DNA of 64,000 nucleotides from Candidatus Spongiisociaceae bacterium. Lineage in GTDB: Bacteria > Actinomycetota > Acidimicrobiia > Spongiisociales > Spongiisociaceae. Shown in pieces: positions 30,515-44,639 of this stretch. A program made the translations under genes and the position numbers. The stretch spans positions 2,848,001 through 2,912,000 of the forward strand of contig OZ253564.1 of assembly GCA_965262915.1 (NCBI GenBank), in the 5' to 3' direction. The notes beneath the pieces are model-generated. The model ran no database searches. It saw nothing but the letters and a program-made list of their open reading frames with translations, and had not been told where the DNA came from. Each line of letters opens with the position of its first letter. Position 1 is the first letter of the stretch.

Positions 30515-32700
30515 TTAGCTGTGCGTTCCCCTGCGGGTGGCGATGATGCGGGCTTTTTCTTTGGGGTCGGTGATGGAGATGGTGCTGACGGGGGTGCGAT
30601 GCCAGAAGGTTTCGGTTTTGTTCTTGTGGTCGTAGATGGGGTGGGCGGAGGGTCCGACGTTGATGCGGGTGAGGTCGTTGCCTCCGATTTTGTGGAAGAC
30701 CCAGGTGAGCAGGGAGAGGGCGTAGTCGCCGAGGCGGTGGTGGATGAGGTTCTGGAGGTGTTGGCCCCAGAGGTCGCGGTCGCCGATCAGGCCCCGTTTG
30801 GTGAAGGTGTTGTAGTCGTCTTCGAGGCCGTGGACGTTGCCGTTGTCGGCTACTCCGATGAGGAGGGTGCCCCCGTAGGGGGAGTTCGCGAAGCCGGCGA
30901 CGGTCTTGATAGCTGCGGTCTCGATGGTCTTGGATTTCTGCTGCTGTTTGATGTCCCACCGCAGAGTGGACTTGTATTCGAGGTAGAGGGACTCGCGGTC
31001 GGCGCCGAGCAGGTCACCGATGGGACAGGTTTGTTGGTGGGCGACGATGGCCTGTTTCTGTATCTTCGCCGCGTAGACCGCTGCCACCGCCTCCTGCATT
31101 TCTTTGCTGTCGAGGTAGGCGAAGACGACCTTTTGGTTGCGGTCGTGCCGTGACACCAGCGCCTTTTGGAACTGTCCGGCGAAGACATGATCACGAAACG
31201 TTTCTTCGTCGTTGCTGATCGCCTGGTTCCGGATCTCGTCGTCTTTGACAAGGTCTTGGGCGGCTGCTTCGAACACCAACTCGTCTTCTTCGGTCCAGTC
31301 AGTACCGAAACGTTCGTTGATACGAGCGATGATCTCCGACAGGCGCTCCTCTTCGGGGTCGGTCATCGGCCCTGTACCCGAGTAGATGGTCGTCACTTCG
31401 CCTTCGTCGTCGGGGAGCGGGATGGAACCTTCGAATATCTTCTCGTGGCGGAGGTGGGTGAGATCAACCTCGGAACCCAGGTCGATGCCGCCGTTGGGGT
31501 TCTGGTCGCGGATCAGCATGGCCAGGGCCCGGCAGTAGATGTAGTCACGTTCGAGGCCGGGATTGGCGAACTTGACGATCTGGGCCAAGAACCCGTACAC
31601 CCGCACGAAACGGGTGAGCGCATCGCGGAACACTGTCTGGTCCTCTTCGTCCAGGTTCCTGAAACGTTCGACAGCTGGCTGCATCGCCGCGTGGATCTGG
31701 TGGTGGTTGCCTTTCCCCAACAGGAGGCCGGCGGCCTGTTGCATCTCGCCGGGGTCCAGGATCTGGAAGCCGTTCAGCTCGTCGCGGGTGTCGAACAACA
31801 AGTTCGGGTCGGTGGGAGGTGCGACGGTTTTGCCGTGGTAAACCGCAAACGCGTCGCCGATGTCGTCGCTGTCGTTCACGAAGTCCAACACGAATGTGCC
31901 GTCCTTATCCGGATGGATCCGGTTCAGACGTGACAGGGTCTGCACCGCGGCGAGGCCGGTCAACGTCTTGTCAACGTACATGGCTACCAGCTTGGGCTGG
32001 TCGAAACCGGTCTGGAACTTCTCGGCCACCACCATGACCCGGTACTCGTCGCCATCGAACCGGGTAGCGGTCTCCGAGGAGGGGAACCCGTTAGCCTTCG
32101 ACTCGGTCAGACCCTCCACCTCGCCGGAGAACGCCACCAACACCCCAAGGTCGTACCCGTGGTTGTTGATGTGCTTGCGCAGCGCCTCCCACATGTGCAC
32201 CGCGTGAGGCCGCGACGAGCAGACCACCATCGCCTTGGCCTTCCCAGCCATCCGATGGGCGATCTTGTCCAAGAAATGCTCGACGACGATCTCGGCCCTC
32301 TGCGCCAGGTTCACATCATGCAGATTGATGAAACGGGCAAGCGCAGCACGAGCCTTCGCTGTCTCGTACCTGGGATCTTCCAGCAGCGTCTTCTCCAGAT
32401 GGAGGTACCGGTTGTAGGTGAGGTAGTTGGCCAGCACATCCTCGATGAAACCCTCCTCGATGGCCTGGCGCATCGGATACAGATGGAAAGGATGATGCTT
32501 ACCGTCGGGCCCTTGATTGCCGAACAGCTCCAGCGTCCGACCCTTCGGAGTAGCGGTGAACGCGAAGAACGACAGATTCGGCTGCCGACCCCGCGCTGCC
32601 ACCGCCTCCGCCAGCAACGTCTCCACGTCGGTCGCGTCGTCAACGACATCGACTTCGGCTGTGCCCAGAACCCGGCGGAGTTCCTTGGCTGCCTCACCGG
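30515..32700 (-). pseudogene. hsdR: type I restriction subunit R (5'-truncated) with C-terminal AlbA_2/Schlafen domain
   Basis: FFAFTATPK, HLYPMRQAIEEGFI, AKAMVV, KFQTGFDQP, AVQTLSRLNR; C-terminal ES.YLEYKS..FANS.YGGTLLIGVAD; N-terminus lost at the IS cluster. Confidence 0.9.
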
Positions 32701-32714
32701 GGTGACCGTAGTAA

Positions 32715-35163
<2,449 letters not shown>

Positions 35164-35185
35164 GCGCTAGAGAAGGAAGAACTGT

Positions 35186-36358
35186 ATGGAATTGGGCGGT
35201 TCCGCTATGACATGGATGGAGAGGGTCACCGTGGCCGAGAGCCCGGTCGATCCCGAGTTGCTGACCCCGTTGGCCGACGACACGGACATCACGGTACGAG
35301 CCGAGGTGGCTGGCAACGACAACACCAGCCCCGAAACGTTGACCCGTCTCGCTACCGACCTCGAACCCGAGGTGAGGGGCAGAGTCGCGGGCAATCCCCG
35401 CACCCCGCCCGACGTGTTGGCCCACCTGGCCGAGGATGCGCAGGCTCGGGTCCGTGGGGGGGTGGGATGGAACCCGAACTGCCCGCCGGGGTTGTTGAAC
35501 AGCTTGGCGTCGGATCCCGACGACAAAGTACGGACAGCGGTAGCCGCCCACCCGGCAACACCGGTGGCCACCTTGGCTGCTCTGTCCACCGACCCCTCCT
35601 GGCGGGTTCGCGGGGAGTTGGCTTCCAACGCCAACTCCGACACAGACCTGCGGGAACTGGCGGAGGACCCGTTGGTGCGGGAAGGCGCAGCGTGGAACCC
35701 GAACTGCCCACCCACCCTGTTAGCCGACCTGGCAGCCGACGCCGATCCCGACGTGCGCTACGCCACCGCGTGTAACCCCAACACCCCCACCGATGATCTC
35801 CGCGAACTGGCTGCCGACCCCGACGAGGAAGTACGTGAGGGAGCTGCCCACAACCCCAACATTCCTGTGAGGACGCTCCTGTCCCTTTCCGAGGATCCCA
35901 GCGGAGCCGTACGCCGCGAAGCCGCCACAAACCCCCGCATGCCACCCGACGTGCTAGCACGTCTCGCTCAGGACGAACAGGCACAACCCGGAGTGGCCAC
36001 AAACCCCAACACCCCAGCCGACATCCTGACGTATCTAGCAGAGGCCGGCAACAACTGGGCCCGTAACCGACTCCTGGACAATCCCGCCACCCCACCCGGC
36101 GCCCTAGCCGTCCTCGCCTACGACACCGAACTGCTCACCTGCACAGGCGGCGCCGCCGCCCACCCAACAGCAACCCCACAGTTGCTCACCGAACTCGCCG
36201 ACAGCAACAACCATTGGACACGACGCGCAGTCGCCCAACACCCCAACACCCCACCACAAGTACTCGAACAGCTCACCACCGACCCAGACCCCTCAGTACA
36301 ATGGGCCGCCACCACCAACCGCAAAGCATGCGCTGAACCCACCACCCGGCCGCGCTAG
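35186..36358 (+). CDS. leucine-rich-repeat-variant (LRV/HEAT-like) protein
   Basis: About 14 ~24-aa repeats L..LA.D....VR..VA.NP.TP. Confidence 0.85.
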   Translation: MELGGSAMTWMERVTVAESPVDPELLTPLADDTDITVRAEVAGNDNTSPETLTRLATDLEPEVRGRVAGNPRTPPDVLAHLAEDAQARVRGGVGWNPNCPPGLLNSLASDPDDKVRTAVAAHPATPVATLAALSTDPSWRVRGELASNANSDTDLRELAEDPLVREGAAWNPNCPPTLLADLAADADPDVRYATACNPNTPTDDLRELAADPDEEVREGAAHNPNIPVRTLLSLSEDPSGAVRREAATNPRMPPDVLARLAQDEQAQPGVATNPNTPADILTYLAEAGNNWARNRLLDNPATPPGALAVLAYDTELLTCTGGAAAHPTATPQLLTELADSNNHWTRRAVAQHPNTPPQVLEQLTTDPDPSVQWAATTNRKACAEPTTRPR

Positions 36359-36413
36359 CCAACATCCCCGCCGCCCACAACTCGGCTACATACGCGAGTA
36401 CCTCAGGCCAATA

Positions 36414-36494
36414 TGGAGTTCCCCCCGGTGGCCGGACATTCCCACAGTGAGCGCGTTTGGTCTCCGACAATGGGACTGCGCTCTGGGAAGGAGT
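36414..36494 (+). mobile_element. IS3-family left-end fragment
   Basis: TGGAGTTCCCCCCGGTGG...GGAAGGAGTCC, near-identical to 38918-39000. Confidence 0.8.
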
Positions 36495-36955
36495 CCGCCT
36501 AGTGGAGATGCCCCGCACATAGGCCTCGGTCACGACCTGCACGAACGCCCGCTCCGACCGTGTCCGAGCATCCAGGAGCCACTCGGGGAAGTACGAACCC
36601 CGCCGCAGTTTCGGGATACGCAACTCGATCGAACCCACCCGGGTGTCCCACCGGCGCCTCCGGTACCCGTTACGACGACACACCCGCTCCGGACTCTGCT
36701 GCCCCCAAGGCGCCCCGCAGACCACATCCGCCTCAGCAGACATAAGCCCCTGAGCCAAGCTACGCACCATCTCCCCCAACAGATCATTGCCTTCTACCTC
36801 AAGCTGGTTGCGCAAAGCACACCAACTCGTCCATCCTTGTGTCGACCACCGCGTACCTCCTCACGGTCGAGTTACCAATATCCGTGAGGCTGACGCGGTG
36901 GTCACCTAAATCAAAGGACCCTCACCCCCCCGTACACCACAAGAATGGACTCCAC
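36495..36955 (-). mobile_element. IS256-family 5' remnant
   Basis: RNGYR.R.WDTRVG.IEL.IPKLR.GSYFP..L..EAYVRGISTR; terminal TACACCAC..GGAC motif. Confidence 0.85.
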
Positions 36956-36960
36956 TTCCC

Positions 36961-36984
36961 GGGGGGGGGGGGGGGGGGGGGGGG
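36961..36984. repeat. poly-G tract (24 nt)
   Basis: Directly visible homopolymer. Confidence 0.95.
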
Positions 36985-36989
36985 CCTCT

Positions 36990-38042
36990 CTAGTTGTGTT
37001 CGGTGCCGCCGCGTCGTAGCAGATACGCCGGGTTCACATATTTGACGATTACCCGACCCGCGCCGCTGGCGGTGCGGGTCTCGACCGGACGGACTACCAC
37101 CCCCTCGCGGAGGCCGCCGAAGCTTGACGGCGCCGCCGCCAGCCGCAGCATCAGGTCATGGTCGAAGGGGACGCTGTCCTCCACGACTGGTACCGACGGA
37201 ACACTCAGGTCGGCTAGCAGCGTCTGCGTCTGTTCCGGGTTGAGCGTGTCGTAGCCAACTTTGGCGTCGAATGCCATGAACGTCGGACGCTGCTGCCCGT
37301 AGGTGAGGTCCTGCACCTTCGGGCCGACGATTTCACCGAGCAGTTGAAGCCTCCGCCCATGCGTTTCTGCCCATCCGACGATACGGTCGGCGTGTCCATG
37401 CCACGCCCGCACATACAGGTTGCCGGTGTTCTCTTCGGCGTCGGGCACGAACCGGGCTTTGCCAGCCATCCGTTTCGACGCCGCTACCGAACCCTGATAG
37501 GGGTCGTATCCGAGCAGGCAGAACGTGCCGTGAAGCTTCTCGGTGACCTGCACCCGCTCCCCCAGCGCGAACAGGTCCGGATATTTCTGCCACGAATCGA
37601 CGTCGAACCCTGACGGCCACGAACACGGTTCGGCGACGCCGTCCAACCGCGGCGGGATCGGAGGTTCCCATTTGACGATCCCCAACGCCTCCGCCAGGTC
37701 GTCTCCCAGCTCCGGCGGGTTCCGGAACGTGGGAAGGTGCGGCGACCCGAGCGGTACTACAAGCCCTTGCGACACCACTCCCCGCAGCCGAACCACTTTG
37801 ACACGGTCCCTGCCTTTACCGGCGAGCCTGCCCGTCAGGCCCATCTCTTCGATGAGACTGCCCGGCAGAACGGACGCTTCGGGCACGTAAACGGCCCGGT
37901 CGCCGGTTGACCAAACACCTTTCCCGACGACCATCTGATAGCCGCCGTGGCCGGCTATTTCGAGACGATCGGCGTCAGGATGGTCGCGGACGGTCAGCTC
38001 CACTACCGGACAGACGGTACGCGACGTCGCGGATACAGACAT
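36990..38042 (-). CDS. ATP-dependent RNA ligase, DRB0094/Rnl5 family
   Basis: HPDADRLE N-terminal OB module; TEKLHGT (motif I), GEIVG, AFD, EGVVV, KYVNPAYLLR..GTE. Confidence 0.92.
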   Translation of the reverse strand: MSVSATSRTVCPVVELTVRDHPDADRLEIAGHGGYQMVVGKGVWSTGDRAVYVPEASVLPGSLIEEMGLTGRLAGKGRDRVKVVRLRGVVSQGLVVPLGSPHLPTFRNPPELGDDLAEALGIVKWEPPIPPRLDGVAEPCSWPSGFDVDSWQKYPDLFALGERVQVTEKLHGTFCLLGYDPYQGSVAASKRMAGKARFVPDAEENTGNLYVRAWHGHADRIVGWAETHGRRLQLLGEIVGPKVQDLTYGQQRPTFMAFDAKVGYDTLNPEQTQTLLADLSVPSVPVVEDSVPFDHDLMLRLAAAPSSFGGLREGVVVRPVETRTASGAGRVIVKYVNPAYLLRRGGTEHN

Positions 38043-38331
38043 TTGCAGATAGCCTCGCTAACCCTCTTATCGCCTATTGGAGTCCCCCCCTCTGCAGGGT
38101 CTAGGGGTGGTTGACCGGGTTGAGGGTTTGAGCATAGGCCCCAGGAGGGCGTTGGTAGATGCTCTTAGACCCAGATAGAGGTCCTAATGGAAGCGTGGGA
38201 CATCCTAGTGCATAAACCGGGCCGACAACGTACGAATATGCGACGGCTAGCGATAGAGCGCGGTGGTCGAGTACGGGCCGTAAGGAAAGGACTAGCCATC
38301 CGTTGCAGTCCCGGGTCGGGAGTCGTGACCC

Positions 38332-38545
38332 TTATTGTGCGTTGTCGTCATTGTGCTGTTCCAGTAGTTCTGTGCGGAGTTCGGACAGGGTTCGGCCGTC
38401 GCGTAACTTCCAGGTCTTCCAGCCGTTGGCGGCGGCGATGCTGGCGGCCTCTCGGGCTGCCAGCGAGGGTGACGAATAGGTTCTGTCGTCGTTGAGGCGG
38501 ATTGCACCGTTGCTGAGAACCCGCGCTTTGTAGGTTTTGCCGATC
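38332..38545 (-). pseudogene. RAMA-like (restriction/methylase-associated) domain fragment
   Basis: Manual translation KTYKARVLSNGAIRL.DDRTYSSPSLAA..A....ANGWKTWKL.DGRTLSELR*. Confidence 0.65.
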
Positions 38546-38665
38546 GGCAGCGTCGTGGGCCCTACCGTTCTCGGCAGGGATAGGGGTCCGGTATCGCTAC
38601 TTAAGGAGTCCCCTTCCGGGCCGACCCGCCAACAAGGCTCCCTTCTCTACCCGGGGGGTGAAACG

Positions 38666-38917
38666 GGCTCTTCGGATTTCACGGGGGAGTGACCGATGGG
38701 AGTAGGCCCCAGTTCGGCTTCCCGGCGTAGAGGAGAGCGCGTATTCGGTAGTTCGCGAAGTTGCGGAACCCGAACGCTGCCCGCTCGACGCGTTTGATGA
38801 GGTTGTTGAGGGCTTCGGTGGGTCCGTTGGTCACCTTGGAGATGTGCCAGTTGGTGATCTGGGGGGTCCAGCGGGCGATGGTTCTGCCCAGTTTGTGGAT
38901 CACGGGTGGGCAGGATT
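38666..38917 (-). mobile_element. ISL3-family 3' remnant
   Basis: TNGPTEALNNLIKRV.R.AFGFRNFANYRIR; end IR GGCTCTTCGGATTT. Confidence 0.88.
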
Positions 38918-41667
38918 TGGAGTTCCCCCCGGTGGACGGACATTCCCACAGTGAGCGCGTTTGGTCTCCGACAGTGGGACTGCGCTCTGGGAAGGAGTCC
39001 TGTTGGGAGGGAAACGACCGAGAAGAAGGTTCTCGGATGAGTTCAAACGAGGATGGGGTGGAGATCGTCCGCACGTCGGGCAAGCCGATCCGCCAGGTCG
39101 CCAACGAGTTGGGTATCTACGACTCGACCCTTGGCAACTGGGTGCGCCAGGACGAGATCAACCGGGGAGAGCGGGAAGGGCTGAGCAGCGATGAGCGGGA
39201 ACGGCTCCGCGAACTCGAGCGGGAGAACGCCCGGCTGCGGATGGAGCGTGAGCTCGAAAAGACGAGCTGTGGCCTTCTGGGTGAGGGAGTCGAAGGTGTG
39301 ACGCTGTATCGCTTCGTCGATGCCCAGAGGGCCGAAGGGTTCCCGGTGAGGCTGATCTGTTCGGTCGTGGGGGTTTCCCCCTCGGCTTACTACGCCCACA
39401 AGCAGCGGCCCCAGCCGAGTCCGGTCCAGCTGGCCGAGGCTGCCCTGGTCGCCGAGATCCGGTCTATATGGGCTGAGTCGGCCGGGACTTATGGTTCGCC
39501 CAGGGTGTCCGCCGAGCTGCGTAGGCGGGGTCGGGTGGTGAACCACAAGCGGGTGGAACGGCTCATGAAGTGCCATGATATGGCAGGTTTCGTTCCCCGC
39601 AAGAGGCGTGTCACGACCACAGCGGACAGCGCTCATCGGCTCCCTGACCTGCTGGAGGGCGACTTCGGAGCCGCCCGCCCGGATACGGCATGGGTAGGCG
39701 ATATCAGCTACATCAGAACCCGCCAAGGATTCCTCTACCTGGCGTTCGTCCTGGACCTGGCGTCGCGCCGCGTAGTCGGGATCTCAATGGCCCCACACCT
39801 CAAAGCATCACTCGCCACCGACGCGCTGCGCGAAGCCATCGCCACCCGAGGCGGCCAGATACGGGACGTGATCTTCCACACTGACCGCGGTTCCCAAGGC
39901 GGATTCAATTGGTGGTCGCAGCACCTACGAGTGAAGGAGGTTTGTGATGAGAGCAAGGAAGGTTCGTCGGTCGGATCGTGCGTTGAGGCCTGCGATGCGG
40001 TCGCCTGGTCGACCCCCGGGTTGGCGGCGTGAGCATCAGGAACGGTTTTGGGAAGGGATCGCTGGTGGGTTGTCGAGCGAGCAGGCCGGTGTGGCGGCTG
40101 GTGTGTCGCCCGCGGTTGGTTCGCGTTGGTTCCGCGAGAATGGTGGTATGGCACCTTTTTCTTTCGTCCCTGTTTCGGGACGCTATTTATCTTTTGTGGA
40201 GCGAGAAGAGATCGCGGTTCTCCACGCCCGCCAGTGTGGGGTGCGTGAGATCGCCCGCCGCCTGGGTCGGTGTGCGTCGACGATCTCTCGTGAGTTGCGC
40301 CGCAACGCTGCTACTCGTGGCGGAGGCCTGGAGTATCGGGCCACGACCGCGCAGTGGCATTCGGATCGGCGCGCCAGCCGCCCGAAGGTTTCCAAACTGG
40401 CCTCGAACGACGCCCTGCGTGAGTATGTGCAAGATCGTCTCGGCGGTGTTATCGCCCGCCCCGACGGCGAGCTGGTACCAGGCCCTCAGGTGCGTTGGGT
40501 GGGTCGTCGTCATGGGCCCCGAAAGGATCGTCGGTGGGCGACATCGTGGAGCCCCGAGCAGATCTCGGGGCGGCTCCGGGTCGATTTCCCCCATAATGAG
40601 TCCATGCGAATCTCTCACGAGGCGATCTACCAGGCGGCCTATGTGCAAGGCAGGGGTGCGCTCAAACGGGAACTGGTGGCGTGTCTGCGCACCGGGCGAG
40701 CGTTGCGGGTGCCGCGGGCACGGACCCGCCAGCGGGGCCGCAGCTTCGTCAGCCCCGAGATCATGATCAGCCAACGCCCCGCCGAAGCCGACGACCGGGC
40801 AGTGCCAGGACATTGGGAGGGCGACCTGATCCTGGGACTGCACAGCTCCGCGATCGGGACGCTGGTTGAACGCACCACGCGGTTCACGATGCTGTTACAC
40901 CTTCCACCCATGGCTGGCCACCGAAAACAGCAACGGGTCCACAACGGACCCCCTCTTGCCGGCCACGGCGCCCAAGCAGTCCGAGACGCCATCGCAGAGT
41001 CGATCACCACCCTGCCCCAACAGCTCCGCCGCTCCCTGACCTGGGACCAAGGCGCCGAAATGGCCCAACACGCTCAACTCCGCGTAGATGCCGACCTCGA
41101 CGTCTACTTCTGCGACCCGCAGTCACCATGGCAGCGTGGAACCAACGAGAACACCAACGGTCTCCTCCGTCAATACTTCCCCAAAGGCACCGACCTCACC
41201 AGACACTCAAGAGGCGACTTGGACGCCGTCGCTGCAGCCCTCAACGGTCGACCCCGCAAAACTCTCGGCTACAGGACCCCAGCCGAGGCCCTCACCGAAC
41301 ACCTAGACTCCCTCAAACAAGGCACTGTTGCAACGACCCCTTGAACCTGGTCAATACACCTCCGAAGCCACAGCCCGGCTCAGTAAGGCTTATGGCATCC
41401 GCCAATCCGTGGGCCGGACCGGGGTGTGCTGGGACAACGCCGCCGCCGAGTCGTTCCTCGGCACCCTCAAAAAGGAACTCGTCAACCGGGCCGACTACCA
41501 CAACCGGCACCAGGCCCGCCTGTCAATCCGTTGGTGGATCGAAGCCTGGTACAACCCCCGCCGGCTTCACTTCACCATCGGACAGCAGCCACCAAACGAA
41601 TGGGAGGACAACTACTACCATCACACGGCCGCATAAACCGAGTGTCCAGCACACGGGGGGAACTCCA
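38918..41667 (+). mobile_element. IS3-family element interrupted by IS30
   Basis: IRs TGGAGTTCCCCCCG / CGGGGGGAACTCCA; YGSPRV, WVGDISYI, HTDRGSQ|YTS, WDNAAAESF. Confidence 0.95.
39898..41351 (+). mobile_element. IS30-family element, copy 2 (transposase 39944-41344)
   Basis: 1454 bp, flanked by a CAA duplication within the IS3 orfB. Confidence 0.95.
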
Positions 41668-41908
41668 ACATATGGAGCTTCGGGGATCGCGCACTCGGCA
41701 GCCATTGCCCAACGTCACCCAGGTCGCATACGCCGCTGGTTGGGACCATCAGCGCGGTTCACAGACGGCCACCTCATCGCTAACACGAAGTGTCCGCCCC
41801 GTGGATTGGGAACAGGAGGGGCCTCAAGGTGATCATTGAGACCGTTAACTCTTGGCGTCGCGCATACAGGGCGTCAACCAGATTCGGGAGGCGGAGACGG
41901 CTAGGCCG

Positions 41909-43747
41909 TCAGTGGTGCTCTCTTAGGTAGCGCACGATTTCCATCATCGCTTTGCAGTCGACCTCGTTGTAGTCGCGTATCTGCTGCATCAGGTCCAGGT
42001 CGATGAGCCGGCCGGCGCGGCCCTCGTCGATCTGGTTTTGGCACCACCACGCCCCGACCATGGCTCCGAGACCGTCCGCGGGTCCGGTCCGCCAGCGGGT
42101 TTGGACTAGGCCTTGTGCGTGGAGGGCGTTCGTGATTGCCTTGAGGCCGAAGCCGTGCGCTCCGCGTACCGCTACCGGCTCTTGCCTCACAACGTGTTTG
42201 AGGAAGTCGAACCACCGAGGTGTGGGCCAGCGTCTGCCCCGGCTCCCGTGCCGCTTGACCGCCGCGTTGTACGCTTTCTCCAGAGAAGACACCTCATGGT
42301 CCGACCAGTGGATCACACGGGGACGCGACCCCGGGTCAAGCCGCTCTTGGACTTCGGCCATGTGGTCGAGCCACTGCTCGATCGCCGTCGCCTCTGCAGG
42401 CTCGCTGAGCTGCTCGGCGACGAAACACTTGAACTGCCAATGGCCGTTCTCGACGTGTCCACAGCCGATCATGAACACCAACGGGAGCCCGCCCCTGGCA
42501 GGTATAGCGGAGAAGTCGTCGTCGAGGTCGCTCACCGTCTCGAAATCGACGTAGAACTCAACAGACGGTCTGTCGATCCACTCCGAGCGGGCAGCACCGA
42601 CCCGAGCCGGCCGCACCCCAGGTCCCGGTGTGCGGTTCACGTCCAGCAGCGCCCCAAGCCTCACGGCTGTCAGAGTGCCCGTCACACCAAGCGAACGGGG
42701 TGTGACCCCCATGTCACGCCAGTCGCTAAGCCCCCTCGCGTTTGCCTCGTCCCGGGCCTGAACACCCATACCGTACAGCGCGGTCAGGTCGCCTCCTTCG
42801 GCCGCGATACGCTTCACAGCATCCGCCCACACCCCGGCGTCGCCCCCAGCATTGGGACGCAATTCGTCCACCGACGGCAAAGGCAGCACATCCCAACTCT
42901 CCCCGTGGCGGCGCAGACGGCGCAGCCAGTCGGCAGCGTCGTCGGCCCACCCGCTCAAAGGCAGCCCGGAAACTACCTCGTCGTGGTCGATGCCTCCGAG
43001 ACGATCCAGGCAGTCACCGACTCTGGTAGTGGCGCCCCGAACGGTCTGCGTCCAGCCCCGCCCCAACAAGAACATCCTCGGCGGGAGGTAACCCTGCAGA
43101 CGGGCCAACGCCCGGTTGTAGATGTGCAACTGTGTCATGTACGCGAGGCTCGAACCCGAACTCAGAACCCTGCCCCTCGCGGACAGACGCAACGTCGTGT
43201 ACTTGATGTCGACAACTACATAATGGGCGCCGATATCCAGATCCGGCGCGGCCACAGCAACCTCCCCAGGCTCTAACGCACCGGGAAACAACTGTGCCAA
43301 CACGTCGCTGCGCACCAACAGATCCGGCAGCCCATAAGTGCGATGCTCAGGATCGTGCAACACTCCCTGGTCAATGATCGCTACACCCTCCGCCATCGCA
43401 TCCCAAGTTGCTAGAGCAAGACCGACGTCGCGGGCGGTACCCCGCTCAGGATCCCGACCGCTGACCGCCCGGACCTCGGCCACACCCAGGCTCCGCAAGT
43501 GCTCAACCACAGCCCGCTCAAACTCCGCACCCTTGCGGAAAATGAACCGCCCGAAGTCAGTGCGCTCATCAGGCTCACAGCACGCGAACCCCCTCGAGCT
43601 GCCATAGCGGTCAAGCCAATCCAGCAGCGGATCGCCAAGCACAAAGCTACGCGTCGACGACGCCGCCACCCACTCATCCCACTCCGAACCCGCCGAAGGA
43701 ACACACTCACGCCCGTTATCATCAACAACGATCTCGTCCCGACCCAT
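41909..43747 (-). CDS. TM0106-like RecB-type nuclease with RNase H-like C-terminal domain
   Basis: G.PDLLVR, YVVVDIK, Q...Y; FYVDFET, IHWS..E, FGLK, YNEVDCKA. Confidence 0.82.
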   Translation of the reverse strand: MGRDEIVVDDNGRECVPSAGSEWDEWVAASSTRSFVLGDPLLDWLDRYGSSRGFACCEPDERTDFGRFIFRKGAEFERAVVEHLRSLGVAEVRAVSGRDPERGTARDVGLALATWDAMAEGVAIIDQGVLHDPEHRTYGLPDLLVRSDVLAQLFPGALEPGEVAVAAPDLDIGAHYVVVDIKYTTLRLSARGRVLSSGSSLAYMTQLHIYNRALARLQGYLPPRMFLLGRGWTQTVRGATTRVGDCLDRLGGIDHDEVVSGLPLSGWADDAADWLRRLRRHGESWDVLPLPSVDELRPNAGGDAGVWADAVKRIAAEGGDLTALYGMGVQARDEANARGLSDWRDMGVTPRSLGVTGTLTAVRLGALLDVNRTPGPGVRPARVGAARSEWIDRPSVEFYVDFETVSDLDDDFSAIPARGGLPLVFMIGCGHVENGHWQFKCFVAEQLSEPAEATAIEQWLDHMAEVQERLDPGSRPRVIHWSDHEVSSLEKAYNAAVKRHGSRGRRWPTPRWFDFLKHVVRQEPVAVRGAHGFGLKAITNALHAQGLVQTRWRTGPADGLGAMVGAWWCQNQIDEGRAGRLIDLDLMQQIRDYNEVDCKAMMEIVRYLREHH

Positions 43748-44639
43748 GAGGCGACAATAACAACAAAACACGCAGACGTATTAGTACAGGCACTCCACGC
43801 TCCACGCGTATCCGCCTCATACCTGCGGTAATCACGCAGCCTCCGATTGAATAACTGCCCCGACACGCGGTAGCAACCGCTCTGCCTAGCGTTTCGTAGC
43901 ATCGGTGACCAAAGGGCCACCGGTCGAGTATGTCAGAAGTGTTATCCGTCTCGGAGGATGAGGGTGTAGGCGTCGAGGAGGCGACGCCAGTCGTGGGCGG
44001 TGGGCATGCCGATGGTGAGCGGGGTGATCCAAGCATCGACGTAACCAACGTTCCCCCGAACCCGTCTGCGGAGCGTTAACTAACGGAACACAGGGGGCTG
44101 GAAGCCGTTTACGGGCCCGACGATCGGTCCCATGGCCCCAACACCCTACAGACGCCAGTTTGTGCACGGAAACGGCTACAAGATCGAGGCCGGGATGATC
44201 CGCTGTCGATCAGACCTCCCGGAAACAACAACTAGACCGGGTCACAGCTGCAACGGCCGACATTCGTATCACAGCCCCCGCAGGTGTAGGTTCCAATCTT
44301 GGGGCGCCCGCAACCGCAGACGTCAAGAAGGTTGGCCATTGGTCCACTCCCATCGCGTCGGATTGTGACCAACAATAGCGAACTACGGTGTTGCAGGTCA
44401 GTCTGAGAGACTTTTCTGGGTAGAGTCCACATACAGGCCGTGCTGACTATGGCCTGGACCTGCTCGATTCGCTAAGACGCTGGCCCGTGACCACCGTCCC
44501 CAGGGTGTGGGGGAACTCGAGGACATCCGACCGTTGTGATCGACCATCCGGCGGGCGAAGGACGAAATGTGGGACTCATCCTGGGCTGTTGGCTGTCAGC
44601 CCAGGTCAGACCGCCCGCAGTAACGGACTGGCACTCCGC

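Noticed and set aside
30077-31153. 358-aa plus-strand ORF
   Set aside because: Two thirds is antisense to hsdR; the remainder is unrecognised and runs through a short tandem duplication at 30416-30451.
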